Assembly: GCA_047638595.1 (NCBI GenBank)
Contig: JBLIMJ010000004.1
Coordinates: forward strand, 1 to 52,948
Direction of reading: 5' to 3'
DNA length: 52,948 bases
Source: Acidimicrobiales bacterium
GTDB lineage: Bacteria > Patescibacteriota > Minisyncoccia > Phycocordibacterales > UBA918
Part shown: positions 8,096 through 16,001 of the stretch, piece after piece
Numbering within the stretch: the stretch's first letter is position 1
How the letters are laid out: each line of letters opens with the position of its first letter
The notes under the pieces: model-generated
The model's database searches: none
The model's input: the letters and a program-made list of their open reading frames with translations, nothing else
What the model was told of the DNA's origin: nothing
Made by a program: the position numbers and the translations under genes

Positions 8096-8316
8096 CCTTT
8101 TGGACATATTTTCCCTTTGGTCAAATCTGTCTCAAAAGCTTTTCGAGTCCTGGGCGCAAGTGACGTTTAGTCACTTGCTTGGGTGCACCCACCAGGAATC
8201 TCGGTCATTACATGACCAGTATACCTTTTGGACATATTTTCCCTTTGGTCAAATCTGTCTCAAAAGCTTTTCGAGTCCTGGGCGCAAGTGACGTTTAGTC
8301 ACTTGCTTGGGTGCAC
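8096..8316. repeat. 128-bp tandem direct repeat (about 1.7 units) containing tRNA-Arg 3'-end fragments
   Basis: ccttttggacatattttccc...cacttgcttgggtgcac occurs at 8096-8188 and 8224-8316, an offset of 128. Each unit holds a 9-bp hairpin gcaagtgac/gtcacttgc. Confidence 0.85.
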
Positions 8317-8366
8317 AGATACAACAAAGACCGCCAGAGGCGGTCTTTGTTGTATCTGTGCACCCA
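8308..8366 (-). terminator. 28-bp perfect hairpin overlapping the tRNA-Arg acceptor 3' strand
   Basis: tgggtgcacagatacaacaaagaccgcc-aga-ggcggtctttgttgtatctgtgcaccca. The right arm includes tRNA nt 8359-8366. Confidence 0.6.
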
Positions 8367-8430
8367 CCAGGACTCGAACCTGGAACGACTGATCCGAAGT
8401 CAGTTATGATATCCATTTCACTATGGGTGC
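8359..8430 (-). tRNA. tRNA-Arg (anticodon UCG), no encoded CCA
   Basis: Sense is GCACCCATAGTGAAATGGATATCATAACTGACTTCGGATCAGTCGTTCCAGGTTCGAGTCCTGGTGGGTGCA. Anticodon loop is CTTCGGA. Confidence 0.85.
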
Positions 8431-8578
8431 GTTAAAAGCATAGTATGCTTTTACGCCGCGCTGCGAGCAGTTCTACTACAAAGTACATAGAATTACTTAC
8501 CGCGTGACCAGTACTATACGTGCAATAGTTGTAAAAATCAATAGCTGTAAATAAGGTCTTGGGCACTCTTTATAACTC

Positions 8579-8607
8579 TTGACAGAGAAGTCTTTACATG
8601 TTTTAAT
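8579..8607 (+). promoter_or_regulatory. Candidate sigma70-type promoter (TTGACA-17-TTTAAT)
   Basis: Consensus -35 at 8579-8584 and an AT-rich hexamer at 8602-8607, about 40 nt upstream of the 8645 ATG. Confidence 0.35.
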
Positions 8608-8644
8608 ACGACAAGAAATGTAAACCAATGGAGGACTTGCCATC

Positions 8645-9703
8645 ATGAAAAATGGATATGACTACGACATAGCTTCACGCACTGCTGAAGATATGGGAAT
8701 TACAAGTAGCGAAAACTACAGGAAACGCTACCAGGAAAATTCTGCATTACCATCAGAGCCATCTCGAATGTTTCGAGATCAATGGGAGGGGTGGGAAATG
8801 TTCCTTGGTTCAGCCTACGCTGTGACCAGGAAATTTATCCCTGCAAACCGTGGGTTGAGTAAGTTTAATTACGAGCAAGCTTTAGGCATTGCTCGTGCAC
8901 TTGGCATAAAAGACAGTGCTGAGTACCGAACTCGTCATAAGGAACACAGTGATCTGCCTACCACGCCAGAAAAAACTTTTTTTGCTGACTGGACAGGATG
9001 GGCTGATTTTCTTGACCAAAGACCGATTGTAAAATACCCTGATTATATTTCAGCGAAGGAGGCTGCATTATCTCTTGGTATAGTTAGTGGTGAAGACTAC
9101 CAGCGCAAATACAAGCAAGACAAGCGTTTGCCAGCAAACCCTGAATCCTACTACGATGAATGGGTGGACTGGGTTACATTCCTTGGTCATAGACTATATC
9201 AGTCTTACGATGTCGCTCAGACTGTCGCCCAAAGACTTGGGATAAGGACCTATGACGAATACCGGGAGCGGTATAAAGAAGACCCAAGACTTCCGTGTGA
9301 ACCTGAAATACAATACCCCGAAAACTGGAAACATTGGAAGGTGTTCCTGGGTACTGACAGAAAAGTGAATTACATACTTTTCTACACTTACGAGGATGCA
9401 GTAGATGCTGCGCGCAAGCTTGGTATCAAAACATTCTCAGAGTATGCACAACTATCTAAAGATGATTCTCGTCTTCCTCAAGCACCCCAAAAATACTACG
9501 GACACAAATGGGAAGGATGGAAATTCTTTTTGGGAACTGTGTATGGCAACTTAGAGGCTGCAGCTGATGCTGCGAAGGCCCTTGGCATAACAAAAGTGAC
9601 TGAATATCAAAAGCACTACACCAAGGACTCAAAGCTACCAAGCAACCCTAGCGCCATCTACAAAAAGAGCTGGTTGGGCTGGAAACAATTTCTTGCTCGT
9701 TAG
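8645..9703 (+). CDS. Protein built from six ~50-aa tandem repeats (integrase-repeat-like)
   Basis: Six units of A..A..LGI...EY...Y(K/H)....LP..P...Y...W.GW..FLG. From memory this resembles units annotated 'integrase repeat-containing protein'. No catalytic domain is present. A terminator lies at 9713-9746. Confidence 0.5.
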   Translation: MKNGYDYDIASRTAEDMGITSSENYRKRYQENSALPSEPSRMFRDQWEGWEMFLGSAYAVTRKFIPANRGLSKFNYEQALGIARALGIKDSAEYRTRHKEHSDLPTTPEKTFFADWTGWADFLDQRPIVKYPDYISAKEAALSLGIVSGEDYQRKYKQDKRLPANPESYYDEWVDWVTFLGHRLYQSYDVAQTVAQRLGIRTYDEYRERYKEDPRLPCEPEIQYPENWKHWKVFLGTDRKVNYILFYTYEDAVDAARKLGIKTFSEYAQLSKDDSRLPQAPQKYYGHKWEGWKFFLGTVYGNLEAAADAAKALGITKVTEYQKHYTKDSKLPSNPSAIYKKSWLGWKQFLAR

Positions 9704-9769
9704 TAAACCCTTGTCCACTCGGCCATAGCGCCGAGTGGACATTTTTATATAAAACAGGCATCGCACGAC

Positions 9770-11269
9770 ATGTCTGGTACAATACACTCAATGATCACCA
9801 AGGAAGATATCCCTAAAGAAGTACGGTCTGTAGCGGAAACTCTTGAAAACGGTGGTTTTCAAGCGTACTTGGTTGGGGGGTGTGTGAGAGACTTACTTAT
9901 AGGTAAAACTCCAAAAGACTGGGACCTTACCACTGACGCACATCCTGAACAAATTCAAGGACTCTTTGGTGAAGACGAAACATTTTGCAACAATGACTTT
10001 GGGACTGTTGGGGTGAAGAATGAAGAAACAGAAGATGAGACACTCAAGATAATTGAAGTGACACCATACCGAACAGAAGGGACATACTCAGACGCACGAC
10101 GGCCTGACAAAGTAGAATTTGGGGTTTCGCTTGAAGAAGACCTCAAACGACGTGACTTTACCGTCAATGCCATCGCATATCGTGTCCACGATGAAAGTAC
10201 TGTTGATTTATTTGATGGAGTAGGAGACATAGAGAAAAAACGACTTAAAACCGTCGGGAACCCGAACGATCGCTTTACCGAAGACGCACTTCGTATGATG
10301 AGGGCGGTGCGTCTAGCTGCTCAACTGAATTTTGCCATTGAAGCAGGGACCATGACCTCTATCACTCAGAATCACAAGCAATTAAGTCGTATCTCAATAG
10401 AACGAATTGCTGATGAGTTCCTGAAAATAATTAATACGGACACACCAATGCAAGGAATTGTATTTCTAGAACGATTAGAGATGATTGAATACATTCTCCC
10501 TGAAATAAAGGACTCAATTGGCTGCGAACAGGGAGGTATTCATGCGTTTGATGTATATGAACACCTTCTTCGCACCCTCCAAGGCGCTGCAGATAAAGGT
10601 TTCTCTACAGAACTACGCCTTGCAGCACTCTTGCATGACATCGGAAAGCCAGCGACACGCACCATTGGTGGGAAGAACAAAGAGTATTCCTTCTTTGGGC
10701 ATGAGGTTGTAGGTGCACGAATGACGAGGAAGATCATGAAACGGCTTAAAATGCCGCGTGAACTGAGTCAAAATGTTGAGAATCTGGTGCGATGGCACAT
10801 GTTTTTCTCAGATCCTGACGAAATTACCCTTGCGGCGGTACGACGTACCATTGTGCGTATTGGAGAGGACCATATTGATAACCTTCTTAATCTCCGTATA
10901 TGTGACCGTATTGGTACCGGCCGACCTAAAGAACAGCCGTTTCGGTTCCGAAAGTACAAGGCTATGGTAGACGAAGCTCTAAGGGACCCTATCTCTGTAA
11001 AGCTTTTAAAGATCAATGGGGATACCATTATGGATATCACTGGGGAAAAGCCGGGGAAAACCATGGGATATGTACTGAATAGCCTCATGGAGGAGGTACT
11101 TGAGGACCCAGCTAAAAATGATAAAAAGTACCTAGAAACAAGGGTTTTAGAGCTCTACAAGCTCCCAGAAGCGACACTTGAGGCCTTATCTAAGGCAGGG
11201 AAGGAGAAACAAGCTGAAGAAGAAGCTAACGCACTCAAACAAATAGCTAAAGAACATAAGGTTGGATAG
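9770..11269 (+). CDS. cca: CCA-adding enzyme / tRNA nucleotidyltransferase with HD domain
   Basis: GGCVRDLLIGKTPKDWDLTT, RDFTVNA and HD motif LLHDIGKP. 499 aa. Confidence 0.8.
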   Translation: MSGTIHSMITKEDIPKEVRSVAETLENGGFQAYLVGGCVRDLLIGKTPKDWDLTTDAHPEQIQGLFGEDETFCNNDFGTVGVKNEETEDETLKIIEVTPYRTEGTYSDARRPDKVEFGVSLEEDLKRRDFTVNAIAYRVHDESTVDLFDGVGDIEKKRLKTVGNPNDRFTEDALRMMRAVRLAAQLNFAIEAGTMTSITQNHKQLSRISIERIADEFLKIINTDTPMQGIVFLERLEMIEYILPEIKDSIGCEQGGIHAFDVYEHLLRTLQGAADKGFSTELRLAALLHDIGKPATRTIGGKNKEYSFFGHEVVGARMTRKIMKRLKMPRELSQNVENLVRWHMFFSDPDEITLAAVRRTIVRIGEDHIDNLLNLRICDRIGTGRPKEQPFRFRKYKAMVDEALRDPISVKLLKINGDTIMDITGEKPGKTMGYVLNSLMEEVLEDPAKNDKKYLETRVLELYKLPEATLEALSKAGKEKQAEEEANALKQIAKEHKVG

Positions 11270-12192
11270 TGTCTAAACGTCACTATCCAAGAGCTTTTGA
11301 GGTAGATTTTACAACGTAAAATATAACCAAAAGGTGTACTGTCCTTGTAAAGGAGGGTAGAAATGGCGCTTAAAGTCACTAAAGTACACGAGAGCCGCCT
11401 GAAATGGGGGTTTTTGTCTTTATATGGGGATAACTATTAAGTGGTTCTATTACGATTATTTCTTATTCTTTAACTTGTGTGTCGTGTGTATTACTTACAC
11501 TCACAGAAGTGGGCTATCTAGATATCACCAATTATTTTTTGTTTAAATTTGAGTGTAATACAAAATAAACATCTTTAGAATTCAGGAGTCGTACTGACCG
11601 GTACGGTGACTGAAATATAAAGATGTTTATGCAGTAGTGTGCCAGAATTGAGACAAAAAAAGGCCTTAGGGAATCGTAAGCAAATGTGTGGATCATTCGC
11701 TGCCGATTTCCTAAGGCCTTATCTTCTCGTCTCTTCTCGTCTCTTCTGTGCTGTTCTGTTCTGTTCTGTTCGAGCCTATTGAAGCTTAGCTTCAGGTGGT
11801 TGTCCTTTTGGTTTGGTTTCTTTTGAGGACTTCCTATTTTTTGGCTCTTTGATCTGTAAGCTCGTACGTTATTAGATTAACTTGTACTCTTGTTGTATGA
11901 GCTGCTATGAGGATCTGAATCCGTTCGCTTCTTTTGCTATTTGATTCTGTTCCTCATCGCAACTCACTCATCAAGTGCTTACTTAAGGGTGGGATGTTAT
12001 GAACTTTAGAGTTGGAGGTATTAACTCGTTTTATTGTGGAATGTGCTCTTGAAGGGACATGGCCGAAGTTTTGAATTGAACCGGTGTTTTCTTCAAAACT
12101 TCGACTACATCTGCTCGCCCTCTCTGGGCCTACATGTATAGTATGTCCTTTATAGATAAGTGTAAAGGACAAGCTTGTGTATAACTTACCTA

Positions 12193-12236
12193 ATTGCAAA
12201 ACACATGTCCTTTATAAAGGACATGTGTTTTGCAAT
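12193..12236. repeat. 44-bp perfect palindrome
   Basis: attgcaaaacacatgtcctttataaaggacatgtgttttgcaat. It shares the GTCCTTTAT/ATAAAGGAC core with hairpins at 12145-12170 and 1205-1227. Confidence 0.9.
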
Positions 12237-12553
12237 AGTATTTTCATCCTTTGTATTAGCCATAGTATAGGAGTGACATATGTGTCGCTTGACTAATTTA
12301 TGTTTCGTTGTGTTGTAGTTAGTGCTATTGACGAGCTAATCTCATTATAAATGAAATGAAATACGAAGTGATAGCAGACATGAACTTTTTGTAATTGGAT
12401 GAATAACGAGGCAACAATGATAAATAATTTGAATCGTACTTGGTGGTACGATGTGAAAAAGCGTGGGACGCTTTTGCAAGAGGTTGCCAGCTCGCTATAG
12501 CGACAACCTGAACAGCTTCTGTAGGAAGAATTAGTTATCTGCAGCTAACGAAG

Positions 12554-13366
12554 TTAGTCGCCAATTCCAGAAAGTTCCACAGAGACTGGGCAGTGATCAG
12601 AACCCATTACTTCCGGATGAATCCTCGCATTCTTCACCAACTCCTTAAGTGACTCACTTACCATCACGTAATCGATCCGCCATCCTACATTCCTCTCTCG
12701 CGCTCCTCCCCAATGACTCCACCATGTGTAATGTCCATCATCTTTGTGAAACATACGAAGTGTGTCGACAAAGCCACTTTTAATCATTGCATCAATTCCT
12801 GAACGTTCTTCATCAGTAAATCCTTTCTTCCCTATATTAGGCTTCGGACGCGCTAAATCAAGTTCTGTGTGTGCCACATTGAAGTCTCCGCAATAAATCA
12901 CCGGTTTTTCAGCTTCTAGACGTTTCATATACTCCAAACAAGCTGGATCCCACTGTTGTCGCATAGGAATACGGGATAAATCTTCCTTAGAATTGGGTGT
13001 ATATACAGTAGAAATGAAATATTCTTCGAATTCTAGCGTTAAAACACGGCCTTCTTTGGAAGTATCGCCATAGGTGTCAGCTAGTTCATACTTATCTTTT
13101 AGGTCTTCTGGTAGGCCATAAAGGGCCTCAATTGGCTCTATTTTGGTGAAAATAGCGGTACTTGAGTACCCTTTTCGCTCCGCAGAGTGCCAATATTGCT
13201 CATATTCAGGCAATAATTCAGCAAATATGTCCTCAACTTGGTCTTGCTGAGCCTTTGTTTCCTGTATACAAAGCACATCGGGCGCATGTTTCGCGATAAA
13301 TGGCTCCAGTAAACCTTTTTTCTGCACCGCCCTAATGCCATTAACGTTCCACGAATAGATTTTCAT
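12554..13366 (-). CDS. xth: Exodeoxyribonuclease III
   Basis: MKIYSWNVNGIRA...CIQETK...GDFNVAH...SDHCPV are canonical EEP/ExoIII motifs. Confidence 0.85.
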   Translation of the reverse strand: MKIYSWNVNGIRAVQKKGLLEPFIAKHAPDVLCIQETKAQQDQVEDIFAELLPEYEQYWHSAERKGYSSTAIFTKIEPIEALYGLPEDLKDKYELADTYGDTSKEGRVLTLEFEEYFISTVYTPNSKEDLSRIPMRQQWDPACLEYMKRLEAEKPVIYCGDFNVAHTELDLARPKPNIGKKGFTDEERSGIDAMIKSGFVDTLRMFHKDDGHYTWWSHWGGARERNVGWRIDYVMVSESLKELVKNARIHPEVMGSDHCPVSVELSGIGD

Positions 13367-13493
13367 GTACACAGTGTACCAAAATCAAATTATTTATGTG
13401 TGTTTTCAAACATCTTTACAAAGATACTATTATTTGATTATATACGCTTGTACATATGTACATATTGTTCATTCTATAAAGGAGACTGTCATA

Positions 13494-14060
13494 ATGGAAA
13501 CGGCATTACAAGCTGTTGGTGACGGCAAACTAACGGATGATGAACTCGGGCAACTACAACGACGCCTCAATGAAATCGTTCGACGCATTGAAGAAGGTAC
13601 CATCACCAAGAAAGGTGCGCTGAAGCTTCTTCAAGAGGTAGTTAAAGGTAAGGGGGAGAAACTTCTCGAACCCTGCAAGAGACCACACCGTTCAAACTTG
13701 CAGCCTTTCGTGCGACCACCAAAGCATGAATGCACTCAATCTCTGGCGCCTGTGAGAATACGAACTCAGCACTATCTGTGTCGATTAGGGGTCAACAGAA
13801 AGCTTTCGGAAACTCGAGGTCATGAACACTTCAAAAAAATCCTACATCCTGAAGATGTCATGGCACTTATGTGGGAGGCGGAAAATATTCCCATACCCAT
13901 GATTAATAGCGGAAGGGTACCGATCCAGACAATACTAGATGGAGTGGCTTTCTCAGAAGAAAACAGGGCTATTGTGGCTAGTGCGCATCAATGGCTTATG
14001 ACAAACATCGGAAGAGAATATCTATTTCGTGTCATCGCAGCAACAAACCTACCTGTATGA
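13494..14060 (+). CDS. Hypothetical protein
   Basis: ORF with aaggag RBS upstream of ATG 13494. No family recognised. Confidence 0.4.
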   Translation: METALQAVGDGKLTDDELGQLQRRLNEIVRRIEEGTITKKGALKLLQEVVKGKGEKLLEPCKRPHRSNLQPFVRPPKHECTQSLAPVRIRTQHYLCRLGVNRKLSETRGHEHFKKILHPEDVMALMWEAENIPIPMINSGRVPIQTILDGVAFSEENRAIVASAHQWLMTNIGREYLFRVIAATNLPV

Positions 14061-14273
14061 ATATACAAAGACTAGCGCATCCCTCTGGGGGGTGCGTTTT
14101 AATATATACAAACCCATTCAATACTAAATAACTCTTTGACAATAGCGTACTATTGCGATGTAACTTGCATTTTCCTCTAAGTATGCTATAGTGTGGGGAA
14201 CCTTCGCAGGTTAACAGAGCGTTATCTGTATATATCTAATACAGGTGCGCCATTTTTAAAAACTTGCATCATT

Positions 14274-14540
14274 ATGTTAAGCAAAGTAAAAAAAGCAAAT
14301 GCAATTAAGGACACAAAGCGTCACGATACTGACACTGGTTCGCCAGAAGCTCAAGTGGCACTGCTTACTCGTCAAATTGACGAACTAGCAACACACCTTA
14401 AGAAGCACAAGAAAGATTTTCACTCACGTCGTGGACTCCTTCAGATGGTTGCGGATCGCCGCAAGCACCTCAAGTACCTACAACGTAAAGATGAAAAAGC
14501 GTACCAGAGCCTACTGAAAAAATTAGGACTTAAGCGTTAA
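14274..14540 (+). CDS. rpsO: 30S ribosomal protein S15
   Basis: 88 aa with [35 protein letters not shown]...RRKHLKYL. Confidence 0.9.
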   Translation: MLSKVKKANAIKDTKRHDTDTGSPEAQVALLTRQIDELATHLKKHKKDFHSRRGLLQMVADRRKHLKYLQRKDEKAYQSLLKKLGLKR

Positions 14541-14554
14541 TCTGCTATCAGCTG

Positions 14555-14590
14555 ACACCCTGCGACCATTTGGTCGCAGGGTGTTACTTT
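14555..14590 (+). terminator. rpsO terminator hairpin
   Basis: acaccctgcgacc / ggtcgcagggtgt. Confidence 0.6.
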
Positions 14591-14696
14591 ATTAAAGTGT
14601 TATACTGCGAGGTAGACAATGCATATACATATATGTACGTCCAATTTTTATACGAAGCTCTGAACTTGTTTCAGAAAATTTTAATACAAATACACT

Positions 14697-15362
14697 ATGG
14701 GAGTAATAAAACACCCTGACCAAAGAGTCGCAATTATTATTGATACACAGAACTTGTATCACAGTGCAAAAAATCTCTACAAGGCAAAAGTAAACTTCGC
14801 GAATGTTGTGAAGGAAGCATTGGGGGGAAGGAAGCTTATCCGTGCGATTTCGTATGTAGTCAATACAGAGAGCGGGGAAGAACAACCTTTTTTCGAAGCA
14901 ATGGAAAAAGTCGGAATCGAGATTAAAACCAAAGATCTCCAAATCTTCTACGGAGGAGCGAAGAAGGCAGACTGGGATGTTGGGATGGTGGTTGATGCTA
15001 TAAAATTATCACACAAGGTTGATGCAATTGTTTTCGCAACAGGTGATGGTGATTTTATCCCTGGCGTTGAATACATCAAAAGTAGAGGGTGCCAGGTAGA
15101 AGGTATAACCTTCGGACGTTCTGCATCATCAGCATTCAAGGTAGCTGTTGATGATTTCATCGATATGGATGAAGACCCTGCAACTTTTCTTCTGGGGTAC
15201 CGAGCACCTCGAGGACACAATAAGAAGAAGAGTGAACCTAAGAAGTCTGTAGCAACACCAACTAAAAAAGTGAACACTACTAAAAAACAAGGGAATTCAA
15301 AACTAAAGAAACAAATTCAGCGAATTACAACCACTGGATCGGATACTGACGACATGAACTGA
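14697..15362 (+). CDS. NYN/LabA-like (DUF88) domain protein with a K-rich tail
   Basis: VAIIIDTQNLYHSA...DWDVGMVVDA...ATGDGDF motifs. The C-terminus is basic and low-complexity. Confidence 0.65.
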   Translation: MGVIKHPDQRVAIIIDTQNLYHSAKNLYKAKVNFANVVKEALGGRKLIRAISYVVNTESGEEQPFFEAMEKVGIEIKTKDLQIFYGGAKKADWDVGMVVDAIKLSHKVDAIVFATGDGDFIPGVEYIKSRGCQVEGITFGRSASSAFKVAVDDFIDMDEDPATFLLGYRAPRGHNKKKSEPKKSVATPTKKVNTTKKQGNSKLKKQIQRITTTGSDTDDMN

Positions 15363-15371
15363 CGACAAAAT

Positions 15372-15410
15372 AAAAAGAATCCTTGCTTTAAAGCAAGGAT
15401 TCTTTTTTTT
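15372..15410 (+). terminator. Palindromic terminator
   Basis: aaaaagaatccttgcttt / aaagcaaggattcttttt followed by a T-run. Confidence 0.65.
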
Positions 15411-16001
15411 CATATTTTCTATACATATATGTGTCTAAGACAGAATAAAGTAACCAAATACAACAACGAAACAAGGGGAGAGCAATGAGCTGAAATAAAC
15501 ATGTTGAACTTCAGGAAAATGAGATTACAACACTCTTGGCAGACCTTTCTGAATCAGAAGTATTCGTTAGTATACCTGGACTAACCCCTGAGGAAGGTCG
15601 TCTCAGACAGACTTACTCAAACATATGGCAAATAGACTTACATAACTTGGAATCAAGGACTCTAAGTCGATGGTAACGCATTACCAAACGCCTGAAAATC
15701 TTATTAAGCACTACACACAACGATTCAGATAAGCAACTGCTTGTTATGAATTTGGACATAAAACATTAGTGATGTACATCGAGACCCCTGGTGCCGAAGT
15801 TTAACAAAATTCTGTAAGGAAGTGTGGGTTTATGATAAATAGCATCGCCAAAGGCCGGATACATTTATGTTTCCGGCCTTTTATATTTGCTTTTGTACAT
15901 CTCCCTGCTAAGCTAAGTACGTTAGCAACGAGGTGTGCAGACAAGTAGATTTCTATAGATTGAAGTCTGGAGTTTGCACAGCTCATAAATACAATTACAT
16001 A

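Noticed and set aside
8096-8316. Tandem 128-bp repeat considered as a CRISPR-like array.
   Set aside because: There are under two units and no short conserved repeat alternating with unique spacers. The content is tRNA-Arg 3'-end derived.
13450-13461. Recurrent (G)TACATAT(AT)GTAC-type AT palindromes upstream of several starts (13450, 14626, 15423, 29561).
   Set aside because: They are short, AT-rich and variable in spacing to the start codons. They cannot be separated from ordinary promoter or low-GC composition without genome-wide statistics.
15480-15680. About 57-codon open frame (KHVELQENEITTLLADLSESEVFVSIPGLTPEEGRLRQTYSNIWQIDL...) in the pnp upstream spacer.
   Set aside because: There is no start codon in frame and a stop lies immediately upstream. 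It is possibly a decayed gene and was not reported as a feature.
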